Below, piece by piece: positions 38,391 through 47,893 of a DNA stretch of 64,000 bases (its first letter is position 1; each line of letters starts with the position of its first letter). The position numbers and the translations under genes were made by a program. The notes below the pieces were generated by a model. That model searched no databases. It was not told the origin of the DNA and saw only the letters and a list, made by a program, of their open reading frames with translations. Source of the DNA: Paracoccaceae bacterium (GTDB taxonomy: Bacteria > Pseudomonadota > Alphaproteobacteria > Rhodobacterales > Rhodobacteraceae); NCBI GenBank assembly GCA_038144485.1, contig JAYQNW010000014.1, positions 523,530-587,529 on the forward strand, written 5' to 3'.

Positions 38391-38975
38391 ATGCCAGCAC
38401 TTAAGCCAACCGACTATTTTGGTGAAATCATCTGGTTGGGGCAGGTGGGCAATCGCGATGCAGGTTTGCGATCAACGTCAGCACAATCATTGTCCTTGGG
38501 TTTTTCAGGACCCGCGGGGGAAACTCATGGCGGGCTAACGCGCCCATCCTGTTCGCGCGTGTTGTTACAATATGAACGTGGCACCGAAATCCGCAATGTG
38601 CGCCAACTCTCTATCGTCAGCGAAGAAGATTTATCCGCAATCGCCGATGAAATGGGTATCGCGCACCTTGATCCGTCATGGATTGGGGCCAGTGTTGTGC
38701 TGCGCGGCATTCCAGATTTTTCGCATGTTCCCCCATCCAGCCGTTTGCAAAATGATGCGGGAACGACACTGACCATTGATATGCAAAACCGCCCCTGCCA
38801 TTTGCCTGTGGCCGAAATTAAGGTGGATCACCCCAATGAGGCAAAGGGGTTCAAAGCCGCCGCATGGGGGCGGCGGGGTGTCACGGCCTGGGTCGAGCGT
38901 GAGGGCCAATTGGGTGTCGGGGATCAATTGCGACTTCATATTCCAGATCAACGGGCCTGGTTGGAACAAAGTTGA
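38391..38975 (+). CDS. MOSC domain protein
   Basis: 194 aa with the conserved RPCHLP cysteine motif near the C-terminus. Confidence 0.7.
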   Translation: MPALKPTDYFGEIIWLGQVGNRDAGLRSTSAQSLSLGFSGPAGETHGGLTRPSCSRVLLQYERGTEIRNVRQLSIVSEEDLSAIADEMGIAHLDPSWIGASVVLRGIPDFSHVPPSSRLQNDAGTTLTIDMQNRPCHLPVAEIKVDHPNEAKGFKAAAWGRRGVTAWVEREGQLGVGDQLRLHIPDQRAWLEQS

Positions 38976-39125
38976 TTGTGCCGTCGATCCGTTTCCCATC
39001 AGAAACCTAACTGTGCCATCTCGCCGCAGTTTGGTTCGAAAATGTCGGAAATGCAGGTCGCATCCGAAAAAGGAGTCAGTATACCCACGCGAGAGAAACC
39101 ACACCCGTGGAGTAGGGAGTCACCG

Positions 39126-40802
39126 ATGAGCCACAAATCTGATATAGAAATCGCCCGCGAGGCAAATAAGAAACCAATCCAAGAGATTGGTGAAAAACTG
39201 GGCATTCCAACCGAACATTTGCTGCCCTATGGCCACGACAAAGCAAAAGTTGGTCAAGAGTTCATCAACTCTTTGCAGGGACGCAAAAATGGCAAGCTGA
39301 TCCTTGTGACCGCGATTAACCCAACACCAGCGGGTGAGGGTAAGACCACAACAACCGTGGGTTTGGGCGATGGCCTGAATGCAATCGGTAAAAACGCGAT
39401 GATCTGTATCCGCGAGGCGTCCTTGGGTCCAAACTTTGGGATGAAGGGCGGCGCCGCAGGTGGTGGTTACGCACAGATCGTTCCGATGGAAGAAATGAAC
39501 CTGCATTTTACAGGTGACTTCCACGCGATAACATCTGCGCACTCATTGCTATCGGCCATGATCGACAACCACATTTATTGGGGTAATGAATTGGACATCG
39601 ACCTGCGCCGCGTCACATGGCGCCGTGTGGTGGACATGAATGACCGCGCATTGCGTCAAATCACAGCATCCTTGGGCGGTGTTTCAAACGGTTTCCCACG
39701 CGAGGCAGGATTTGACATCACGGTGGCATCCGAGGTTATGGCGATCCTATGTTTGGCAACCGATTTGGCCGATCTACAGAAACGTTTGGGCGATATGATC
39801 GTCGCATACCGCCGTGACCGCAGCCCAGTATTCTGCCGCGATATCAAGGCAGATGGCGCGATGACTGTGTTGCTGAAGGACGCGATGCAACCAAACCTTG
39901 TGCAGACATTGGAAAACAACCCTGCCTTCGTCCACGGTGGCCCATTCGCGAACATCGCACACGGTTGTAACTCTGTCATCGCGACACAGACTGCTTTGAA
40001 ATTGGCCGACTACGTTGTGACCGAGGCGGGATTTGGTGCGGACCTTGGCGCTGAAAAATTCATGAACATCAAATGCCGCAAGGCGGGGCTTGCCCCATCT
40101 GCGGTTGTTTTGGTGGCAACTGTGCGCGCCATGAAAATGAACGGCGGTGTTGCGAAAAACGATTTGGGTGATGAAAACGTTGATGCGGTTAAAGCAGGGT
40201 GTTCAAACCTAGGCCGCCACATCGAAAACCTAAAATCATTTGGTGTTCCTGTGGTTGTTGCGATCAACCATTTTGTCAAAGACACAGATGCAGAAATCGA
40301 AGCCGTCAAAGAATTTGTTGCCAGCCAAGGCGCAGAGGCGATTGTTTCCAAACATTGGGCAGATGGGTCCGAAGGATCAAAGGAACTTGCCACACGCATT
40401 GCGGAAATCGCGGATGCGGATATGGCAAACTTTGCCCCACTTTATGCAGATGACATGTCATTGGCAGACAAAATCCAAACTGTCTGTAAACGCATTTACC
40501 GCGCGGATGAGGCCCTGATGGACAAGAAAATCCGCGATCAACTGCACCTTTGGGAAGAACAGGGATATGGAAACTTGCCAGTCTGTATGGCAAAAACACA
40601 GTATAGTTTCTCAACCGATCCAAACCTGCGTGGCGCACCTGATAACCACAGTGTGCCAGTACGCGAAGTCCGCCTAAGTGCGGGTGCAGGCTTCGTTGTT
40701 GTTGTCTGTGGTGAGATTATGACAATGCCTGGTTTGCCGCGCAAACCTGCAGCAGAAACCATTTGTCTAAATGATGAAGGCCTGATTGAGGGTCTCTTCT
40801 AA
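39126..40802 (+). CDS. fhs: Formate--tetrahydrofolate ligase
   Basis: The ATG at 39126 gives [33 protein letters not shown]-loop present. 558 aa. The track ORF from 38976 is an upstream extension. Confidence 0.95.
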   Translation: MSHKSDIEIAREANKKPIQEIGEKLGIPTEHLLPYGHDKAKVGQEFINSLQGRKNGKLILVTAINPTPAGEGKTTTTVGLGDGLNAIGKNAMICIREASLGPNFGMKGGAAGGGYAQIVPMEEMNLHFTGDFHAITSAHSLLSAMIDNHIYWGNELDIDLRRVTWRRVVDMNDRALRQITASLGGVSNGFPREAGFDITVASEVMAILCLATDLADLQKRLGDMIVAYRRDRSPVFCRDIKADGAMTVLLKDAMQPNLVQTLENNPAFVHGGPFANIAHGCNSVIATQTALKLADYVVTEAGFGADLGAEKFMNIKCRKAGLAPSAVVLVATVRAMKMNGGVAKNDLGDENVDAVKAGCSNLGRHIENLKSFGVPVVVAINHFVKDTDAEIEAVKEFVASQGAEAIVSKHWADGSEGSKELATRIAEIADADMANFAPLYADDMSLADKIQTVCKRIYRADEALMDKKIRDQLHLWEEQGYGNLPVCMAKTQYSFSTDPNLRGAPDNHSVPVREVRLSAGAGFVVVVCGEIMTMPGLPRKPAAETICLNDEGLIEGLF

Positions 40803-40877
40803 GACACCACTGGGGCGCGATGTTTTCGCGCCCTTTGTTTATTCAGAACTGAATATAACGCCATTTGCGAGGAACCG

Positions 40878-41771
40878 ATGAGCGCACAGATAATCGATGG
40901 CAAGGCATTCGCGGCCAAAGTCCGCGGCCAAGTTGCAGAACATGTCACCCGTATCAAAGAAGAAAACGGCATCACACCGGGATTGGCCGTTGTGTTGGTG
41001 GGGGAAGATCCAGCCAGCCAAGTTTACGTGCGTTCAAAGGGCAAACAAACCGTCGAAGCGGGCATGAATTCCTATGAACACAAATTGGACGCTGATACAT
41101 CGCAGGATGATTTGCTGAAACTTATCGCGGATTTGAACGCGGATAAGGATGTGCATGGGATTTTGGTTCAGCTGCCCTTGCCCAAACACCTGAACGAAGA
41201 TTTGGTGATCAACTCAATCGCCCCTGAAAAGGATGTGGATGGGTTTCATATTTCAAACGTGGGGCTTTTGGGGACGGGACAAAAATCTATGGTGCCGTGT
41301 ACGCCGCTTGGGTGCTTGATGATGTTGCGGGATTATCATGGGTCCTTATCTGGCATGAATGCGGTTGTGATCGGGCGTTCAAACATCGTTGGCAAACCGA
41401 TGGCGCAATTGTTGTTGGGCGATAGCTGCACTGTCACAATCGCACATTCACGGACCAAGGATTTGCCAGCCGTCGTGCGCGGCGCGGATATTGTTGTGGC
41501 GGCCGTTGGTCGCCCCGAAATGGTGCCAGGCGATTGGATTAAACCGGGTGCAACCGTGATCGACGTGGGCATCAACCGCATTGATAAGCCAGAGGGTGGA
41601 ACACGCCTTGTTGGGGATGTGGATTACGCATCTTGCGCCGACGTTGCAGGTGCCATTACACCCGTTCCAGGGGGCGTTGGCCCCATGACTATTGCCTGCC
41701 TTCTTGCCAACACCGTCACCGCCTGCTGCCGCATCCACGGCCTTGTAGAACCAGAGGGTTTAACGGCGTAA
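40878..41771 (+). CDS. folD: Bifunctional methylene-THF dehydrogenase/methenyl-THF cyclohydrolase
   Basis: 297 aa with [28 protein letters not shown] and PGGVGPMT. Confidence 0.95.
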   Translation: MSAQIIDGKAFAAKVRGQVAEHVTRIKEENGITPGLAVVLVGEDPASQVYVRSKGKQTVEAGMNSYEHKLDADTSQDDLLKLIADLNADKDVHGILVQLPLPKHLNEDLVINSIAPEKDVDGFHISNVGLLGTGQKSMVPCTPLGCLMMLRDYHGSLSGMNAVVIGRSNIVGKPMAQLLLGDSCTVTIAHSRTKDLPAVVRGADIVVAAVGRPEMVPGDWIKPGATVIDVGINRIDKPEGGTRLVGDVDYASCADVAGAITPVPGGVGPMTIACLLANTVTACCRIHGLVEPEGLTA

Positions 41772-41907
41772 AATTTGAAGTCGGACTAAAAATAGGGTCT
41801 GCGTTAAAACCGTAGTGTGAATTGCTGCAATTCAGGATCGCTTCAGGCGCGACCTTTGGCGTTTTGTTCTTTGCTATTTATTGCGCTGGAGCATTATGAA
41901 GCGGTCT

Positions 41908-42627
41908 TTACGAACCAAATCTTTGGGGATAGCGCAGTCGTCTTTTTGTTCGCCTCTCAGAGTCAGAACGTGGCATGGGGATAGCGAGCGCTTTGTTACC
42001 TGTTAGAACGGCAATCGCATCGGGGCGCATCAGATCGCATAGCGGTGCGGTATGGGCGTGCAGGCCGCCTGTATAGGTGCCATAGGCGGGCATAATCACG
42101 CGGTCGATGTCGATTAAAAATGCGGGTCTAACATAACTGCTGCCGCGCAGGTTTAGTCGCGCCTTGGGGTGGTAGTGGCCTGAAATTTCGCCACTGACCC
42201 CTGTTTTCGCCTCGTGTCGAAAAACAACCGGGGGCAGGGGCAATTCGGCCAAATGGCTGCCTGCGATTTCAACGGGGCCTGGATCATGATTGCCTTCGAT
42301 CCAAATCCAACGACGGCCCGCCTGCAGTCGGGTTAGCCAAAGTTTTTCATTTTCGGGCAGGCCGCGTTCGGCCTCAAGATCATCAAAACTATCCCCTAAA
42401 CAAACGACAGTTGTGGCGCCTGTCGCGCGTAAATCCGCCTCAAGCCGCAAAATGGTGTCAGTGGTTTCATAGGGGGGCAACATTGCGCCTCCGCGTCGCG
42501 CCATTCGTTCGGATTTTCCCAAATGCAGATCCGAGACGCACAATAAATTTTGCGCCGCCCACCACAGGGCCCCAGATGGCAGTGCCACCATCGTCGCCCC
42601 AGCAAGTGAAAATTGATACCCTTCCAT
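41908..42627 (-). CDS. pdeM: Ligase-associated DNA damage response metallophosphoesterase PdeM
   Basis: 239 aa with SDLHLGK, LGDSFDD and GNHD. Located directly downstream of the DEXH helicase. Confidence 0.8.
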   Translation of the reverse strand: MEGYQFSLAGATMVALPSGALWWAAQNLLCVSDLHLGKSERMARRGGAMLPPYETTDTILRLEADLRATGATTVVCLGDSFDDLEAERGLPENEKLWLTRLQAGRRWIWIEGNHDPGPVEIAGSHLAELPLPPVVFRHEAKTGVSGEISGHYHPKARLNLRGSSYVRPAFLIDIDRVIMPAYGTYTGGLHAHTAPLCDLMRPDAIAVLTGNKALAIPMPRSDSERRTKRRLRYPQRFGS

Positions 42628-42658
42628 ACCCTCAGTTGCACAGAAAGTATCTGAGGGA

Positions 42659-45070
42659 TCAAGCGTCGATTTTAAGCCCCGCCTCGGCCATCAATTGGGC
42701 TGCTTCATTTGCAACAAGGCGTTCCATGGCCTGACCCTTCACTGGGATGCGGCCGGCCTCAAGGAAAAGCGGAGCAGAGAAGGGAGAGAGATGTGGAAGC
42801 GCCTTGTGCACAATTTTGCCTTCGACACGTTCCAACATATTCCTGATCCGTCCAAAATCCACCAAACCGCGCATCGCCTCGATCTGGGCAATCCGCATCA
42901 GCAGATGTTCTGGGTCATATTTCAGCAAGGTGTCATACAAGATGTCCGATGAAAATGTTGCCTGCCGCCCTGATTTACGCTGGCCTGGCAAATTGCGTTC
43001 GATCAATCCTGCGATGGTTGCAACAGCGCGGAAACTACGTTTCATCACAGCGTTTCCCGCAAGCCAATTTTCAAACCCATCTTCCAGTTTTTGCGGGTCT
43101 AATAATGTCTCCGGATCGTGCACAGGGTCCAACCCCCAGATTAGTGTTGCGTAATCCGTCGACACAAACCCAAGTGGGGCCAAACCCTCTTCCTCCATGC
43201 GTTTTGTCAGCAGCAATCCCAAGGTTTGTTGCGCATTGCGCCCTGCAAATCCGAAAACACACAGATGATGACGATCATGGCGGGGGAATGTTTCAATCAA
43301 CAATGACTGACGTTGTGGCAGTACGGACATGGTTTTTTGTAATTCCAACCAGTCGGTCGTGTAATCAGGTAGGCCGCGAAAATCACCCGTTTCGAATTTA
43401 TGCAAAATGCGTTCGCTCAACTGGGTCGATGTGGCGAATTTGGTGCCACCAAACACTGCGATTTTGGGTTCTTTATTGGCGCGTTTGGATACCTCAACAA
43501 CCAGTTCGCGCAATCCTTCAAATCGCACGACCTGTCCCCCAATTAGGAAAGTATCACCCGGTGTGAGTGTTGCTGCAAAGGCTTCTTCCACTTCGCCCAA
43601 TGGCGCACCGCCGCGTCTGCGTTGCATGCGCACCTTAAGCGTATCTGTATCCTGAATGGTGCCAGCGTTCATGCGAATGCGTGATGCGGTTCTGGGATCG
43701 CGCAGGGTATAGGTGCCATCCCCCATGTCCTTTAATCGGTGCCATTGGTCATATCGGCGCAGGGCATAGCCACCTGTTGCGCAGAAATCCAAACAATCAT
43801 CAAATTCCGCACGGCTTAGCCCGCTATATGCGCCTGCGCGGCGCACTTCGTTGAACAGGGCAGTTGGATCAATTGGTCCCGCACAGGATAAAAGCAAGAT
43901 GTGCTGACACAAAACATCAAGCGGTCCTACGGGCAGCGTTTCACCATCCAACTCACCCGCCAAAACGGCGTCCAATGCGGCCTGACATTCAATGATTTCA
44001 AATCGGTTGGCGGGCACAATCATTGCCTTGGATGGGGCATTGTATTGATGGTTGGCACGTCCGATCCGTTGGACCAGTCGTTTTACATTTTTGGGGGCAC
44101 CAATTTGTATCACCAGATCAACATCGCCCCAATCAATGCCCAAATCCAAACTGCCTGTGCAGACCACCGCGCGCAGGGCGCCTTGGGTCATTGCGGTTTC
44201 AACCTTTTGGCGTTGTTCGCGGTCCAATGATCCATGGTGAATGGCAATGGGCAGGCTTGCTTCATTTTCTAACCAAAGTGCGTGAAAAAATATTTCGGCC
44301 TGTGCGCGGGTGTTGTGAAAAATCAGGGTCGTTTTATGTTTTTCAATCTGCTCAAGCACCATGGGCACGGAATAGGCGGCCCCTGCGCCCGCCCAAGGCG
44401 GGGGTGTTTCGCCGATCAGCATCTGAATATCAGGGGCAGGTCCGGGGTCTGCAAATAATATGGGGCAGGGATCAGGATGGGCCGCCATGGTTTTCGCAAT
44501 CGCATCTGGATCATCCACAGTCGCGGATAGCCCCACGCGCCGCAAATCAGGACACAACGATTGCAAACGCGACAGCGCCAGCATCAATTGATCACCGCGC
44601 TTGCTTTCGGCGAGGGCATGGATTTCGTCAATGACAATCCGTTTTAGACCACTGAAAATTTTGGGTGCGTCTGGATAGGAAATTAACAACGCAAGGCTTT
44701 CGGGCGTCGTCAAAAGGATATGGGGTGGTTCGGCGCGTTGGCGTTTCTTCTGTGTGTTTGATGTGTCGCCCGTTCGATCCTCAACCCGAATGGGCAGATT
44801 CATTTCATCAATGGGAGTTTGCAAATTTCGCTTAATATCGGCAGCCAGTGCTTTCAATGGTGACACATAGAGCGTGTGTAGGCCCGTGTGCGTGCCATCC
44901 TCTAATTCCAACAGCGTTGGTAAAAACCCACTGAGTGTTTTGCCCGCACCTGTCGGCGCGATCAACAACTGCGCAGGGCGTGCAGCATAGGACAGCAATT
45001 CACGCTGATGCGGGTGAAGTGTCCAATTCCGAGAGGTGAGCCAGCGCTCAAATTTTGATGAAATTTCCAT
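42659..45070 (-). CDS. Ligase-associated DNA damage response DEXH-box helicase (Lhr-like)
   Basis: 803 aa with APTGAGKT, DEIHAL, SAT and the helicase C motifs, plus a DEAD-associated C-terminal domain. Confidence 0.85.
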   Translation of the reverse strand: MEISSKFERWLTSRNWTLHPHQRELLSYAARPAQLLIAPTGAGKTLSGFLPTLLELEDGTHTGLHTLYVSPLKALAADIKRNLQTPIDEMNLPIRVEDRTGDTSNTQKKRQRAEPPHILLTTPESLALLISYPDAPKIFSGLKRIVIDEIHALAESKRGDQLMLALSRLQSLCPDLRRVGLSATVDDPDAIAKTMAAHPDPCPILFADPGPAPDIQMLIGETPPPWAGAGAAYSVPMVLEQIEKHKTTLIFHNTRAQAEIFFHALWLENEASLPIAIHHGSLDREQRQKVETAMTQGALRAVVCTGSLDLGIDWGDVDLVIQIGAPKNVKRLVQRIGRANHQYNAPSKAMIVPANRFEIIECQAALDAVLAGELDGETLPVGPLDVLCQHILLLSCAGPIDPTALFNEVRRAGAYSGLSRAEFDDCLDFCATGGYALRRYDQWHRLKDMGDGTYTLRDPRTASRIRMNAGTIQDTDTLKVRMQRRRGGAPLGEVEEAFAATLTPGDTFLIGGQVVRFEGLRELVVEVSKRANKEPKIAVFGGTKFATSTQLSERILHKFETGDFRGLPDYTTDWLELQKTMSVLPQRQSLLIETFPRHDRHHLCVFGFAGRNAQQTLGLLLTKRMEEEGLAPLGFVSTDYATLIWGLDPVHDPETLLDPQKLEDGFENWLAGNAVMKRSFRAVATIAGLIERNLPGQRKSGRQATFSSDILYDTLLKYDPEHLLMRIAQIEAMRGLVDFGRIRNMLERVEGKIVHKALPHLSPFSAPLFLEAGRIPVKGQAMERLVANEAAQLMAEAGLKIDA

Positions 45071-45155
45071 TCTGATTAAGTAACTCGGAAGAATTTTTTT
45101 CAGCCAAATGAATAAATAGGAAACACGCCTAATTCTTTGTTGTCTTTTGTAACTA

Positions 45156-46283
45156 CTAATTCATATCCGACAGCGTGATGTGGACAGCATATATTTGCCG
45201 CTCGTGAGTTGTATTTTTTCTATTAAAGAATTGAATTCGCTTTTGCGCTTGCTCACCACGGTATGGCTTCAGGTTTAGTGCGTTTGGTGCAACGATCAAA
45301 ATCAAAGACGAACCATTTTGCATATTTACGGTATGTCGTAAGCTTGTTAATTGGGTCTTAAAAACATTTGTAATATTAGAGAGTATGGTCTCATCCTGTG
45401 ATACGGATTGTTCGATGACATCAATGTTCATCCTAATCGCGCCATCGCTATTATTTATCATCTCTCCACTGATGGAGAAATCAGCACCGTTTTTGAAGTT
45501 TTTGATTAATATTGTATCACCATCGCGGTGAGGGTAACTAACGGATCCACCAACAAAAAATTCAATTTGTTTAGATGGACGTAAAGTATAGCTTTTGGTT
45601 TTGGTTTTAAATGATTTCAATTTCGATAAAACACTGCTGAATTGCGCGTCAGCAGGTGACAGAATTTTTACGGCGCTCTTTTCTGTTCCAGTGTATAAAT
45701 CCCTGAAAAATTTATGATTTGTTTCGATTGTGTAGGTTTGAGTAATAAGTGCCTTACTGGTTAAACTTTCTATATCTATCAGATTTGATACTAAATTTGG
45801 TGCATATCTATTAGCGAGTAAAACTGCTTTGTCGCTAGCTTCGGCAGTACTTACTTTTCCGTGTAACACAATACCATCATTTGCGCTGCGTACTTTTATT
45901 TTTTCATCAGGTAAAATTTCTTTGAGCCTTTTTCGTAACTCATTCAGGTCAGTCGTAACCTTAATTTGTACATTAGAGATTAAATTTCCCTTTTTGTCGA
46001 TTAAGGTAAGAGTGGTCGTTCCAGCCAGCTTTCCTAAAATGTAGACTGTTCGGTCTGATAATGTCGACAAGTCAGCTATTGCGGGATTTGCTATCGAAAG
46101 CTCTGCGAATGGAACCGCACTTTCAATAACAACGGCGCGATCGATTGGTACGCCAATTGTCTGCTCTTTAGACTTCTGGATTACACTAACAATGTCGCCC
46201 CAAACCGTAGTGCCTAAAATTGTAAAGGCAGTCACTACGATTAATGCAGTTGCTGCCATGTTTTTAAAATGCTGCAATATCAT
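45156..46283 (-). CDS. Short divergent CpaC/RcpA-like secretin-family protein (orphan)
   Basis: 375 aa. It has a signal/TM segment, a pilus-N domain (AELSIANPAIADLSTLSDRTVYILGKLAGTTTLTLIDKKG), and a BON-like segment (IKVRSANDGIVLHGKVSTAEASDKAVLLA). The C-terminal region only loosely follows the secretin pattern. The gene is AT-rich. Confidence 0.55.
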   Translation of the reverse strand: MILQHFKNMAATALIVVTAFTILGTTVWGDIVSVIQKSKEQTIGVPIDRAVVIESAVPFAELSIANPAIADLSTLSDRTVYILGKLAGTTTLTLIDKKGNLISNVQIKVTTDLNELRKRLKEILPDEKIKVRSANDGIVLHGKVSTAEASDKAVLLANRYAPNLVSNLIDIESLTSKALITQTYTIETNHKFFRDLYTGTEKSAVKILSPADAQFSSVLSKLKSFKTKTKSYTLRPSKQIEFFVGGSVSYPHRDGDTILIKNFKNGADFSISGEMINNSDGAIRMNIDVIEQSVSQDETILSNITNVFKTQLTSLRHTVNMQNGSSLILIVAPNALNLKPYRGEQAQKRIQFFNRKNTTHERQIYAVHITLSDMN

Positions 46284-46409
46284 GGCGTTAGGCTTAATTT
46301 TATTGGTGTGCTTTCACCTAACGCTAAATTATTCTAACACATAATGCAAAGGTAAACGTTTGAAGCGGTATTACTTTTGCAAACTCAGTTGCTTTTCCAA
46401 AATTTTATT

Positions 46410-46444
46410 GCGGCCTGTCTCGATAATACTCCCGAGCAGGCCGC
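46410..46444 (-). terminator. Hairpin after the scoB stop
   Basis: On the minus strand, gcggcctg (19-nt loop) caggccgc is followed by aataaaatttt. Confidence 0.4.
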
Positions 46445-46455
46445 ACGCTAAAAGC

Positions 46456-47085
46456 TTAATCGACGATTGTCGCTTCGGTCGCAGCGCGTAGATCAGATAC
46501 GCTGACGCCCTCTGCGCATTCCACGATGCGCAATCCGCCCTCAACCACGTCCAGAACACCTAGGTTTGTGATGATGCGATCCACCACGGCGGTTCCTGTT
46601 AGGGGCAGGGTACAGGCCTGTAGCACTTTACTATCGCCATGTTTGTTTGTGTGATCCATCACAACGATCACGCGACCCACACCAGCGACAAGGTCCATCG
46701 CGCCGCCCATACCCTTGACCAGCTTGCCTGGAATCATCCAGTTTGCCAGATCGCCGTTTTCCGCAACTTCCATCGCACCAAGGATCGCCATGGCGATTTT
46801 GCCGCCACGGATCATACCAAATGATGTCGCACTGTCGAAATAGGCCGTTTGGGGCAATTCGGTGATGGTTTGTTTCCCTGCATTGATCAGATCAGGGTCC
46901 TCTTCCCCTTCGTACGGGAACGGGCCCATGCCCAACATCCCGTTTTCAGATTGAAGCGTCACCGTGATCCCATCGGGGATATAGTTGGAAACCAGCGTTG
47001 GAATACCGATCCCAAGGTTCACATACATGCCATCCTGAAGCTCTTGTGCCGCGCGTGCGGCCATTTGATTGCGATCCCATGCCAT
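46456..47085 (-). CDS. scoB: 3-oxoacid CoA-transferase subunit B
   Basis: 209 aa with [10 protein letters not shown] and SENG (catalytic Glu motif LQSENGMLG). Confidence 0.9.
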   Translation of the reverse strand: MAWDRNQMAARAAQELQDGMYVNLGIGIPTLVSNYIPDGITVTLQSENGMLGMGPFPYEGEEDPDLINAGKQTITELPQTAYFDSATSFGMIRGGKIAMAILGAMEVAENGDLANWMIPGKLVKGMGGAMDLVAGVGRVIVVMDHTNKHGDSKVLQACTLPLTGTAVVDRIITNLGVLDVVEGGLRIVECAEGVSVSDLRAATEATIVD

Positions 47086-47088
47086 TGA

Positions 47089-47792
47089 TCAACCCTCCGT
47101 CCGTGGGCGCGTTGTGCGCTGTTCGATGCGTTTTTCATGTTCACCTTGGATAATGCGGTGCACATAAATCCCGGGTAGGTGAATATGATCAGGGTCCAAT
47201 GATCCTGTTGGAACAATTTCTTCGACTTCCACAACACAGACCTTACCGCACATCGCGGCAGGTGGGTTAAAGTTGCGAGCCGTTTTGCGGAAGATCAGAT
47301 TGCCTGTCTCATCCGCTTTCCACGCTTTTACGATTGCAAGGTCCGCAAAAATACCACGTTCAAGGATATAGGTTTCGCCATCGAAATCCTTGTGCTCTTT
47401 CCCTTCGGCGACAACGGTGCCGACACCTGTTTTGGTATAGAACCCAGGGATGCCCGCACCACCTGCACGCATGCGTTCGGCCAATGTGCCCTGTGGGTTG
47501 AATTCCAATTCCAATTCCCCTGACAGGTATTGACGCATGAATTCTGCGTTTTCGCCCACATAGGATGAAATCATCTTTTTCACCTGACGGGTTTGCAACA
47601 AAATGCCGATCCCGAAATCATCAACACCTGCGTTATTGGATGCAAATGTCATATCCTTGGTGCCAGCTCGCGGATTGCGGCCAACAAGAGTTCGGGAATA
47701 CCGCTAAGGCCAAAACCGCCCGATGCGATGAACATGCCGTCAAACAACAATCCATCTAACGCTTCGGCGGCGGATCCATAGACTTTTTTCAT
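47089..47792 (-). pseudogene. scoA: 3-oxoacid CoA-transferase subunit A with a 1-nt deletion-type frameshift near 47666
   Basis: The ATG at 47792 reads [42 protein letters not shown] and then hits TGA. The -1 frame continues [20 protein letters not shown]... to the stop at 47089. The total of 704 nt is not a multiple of 3. Confidence 0.85.
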
Positions 47793-47893
47793 GGAAAAGC
47801 TCCGTTTTTAGATAATTGGGCAATATGTGGCGCGTTGCCGCGCCAGTGTCAATTCATTGGATGCAGAAAGCCTGTGCGAAAATCGCGCCAAAA

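Noticed and set aside
38976-39125. ZTP (pfl) or other folate-related riboswitch in the 150-nt fhs leader and the 75-nt folD leader. Also an imperfect direct repeat tgtgccgtcgatccg / tgtgccatctcgccg.
   Set aside because: Neither leader has a CCGCCTGGGC-type 3' element or a GGGTCGTGAC-like 5' element. The repeat is short and imperfect. The track ORF covering 38976-39125 is just an upstream extension of fhs.
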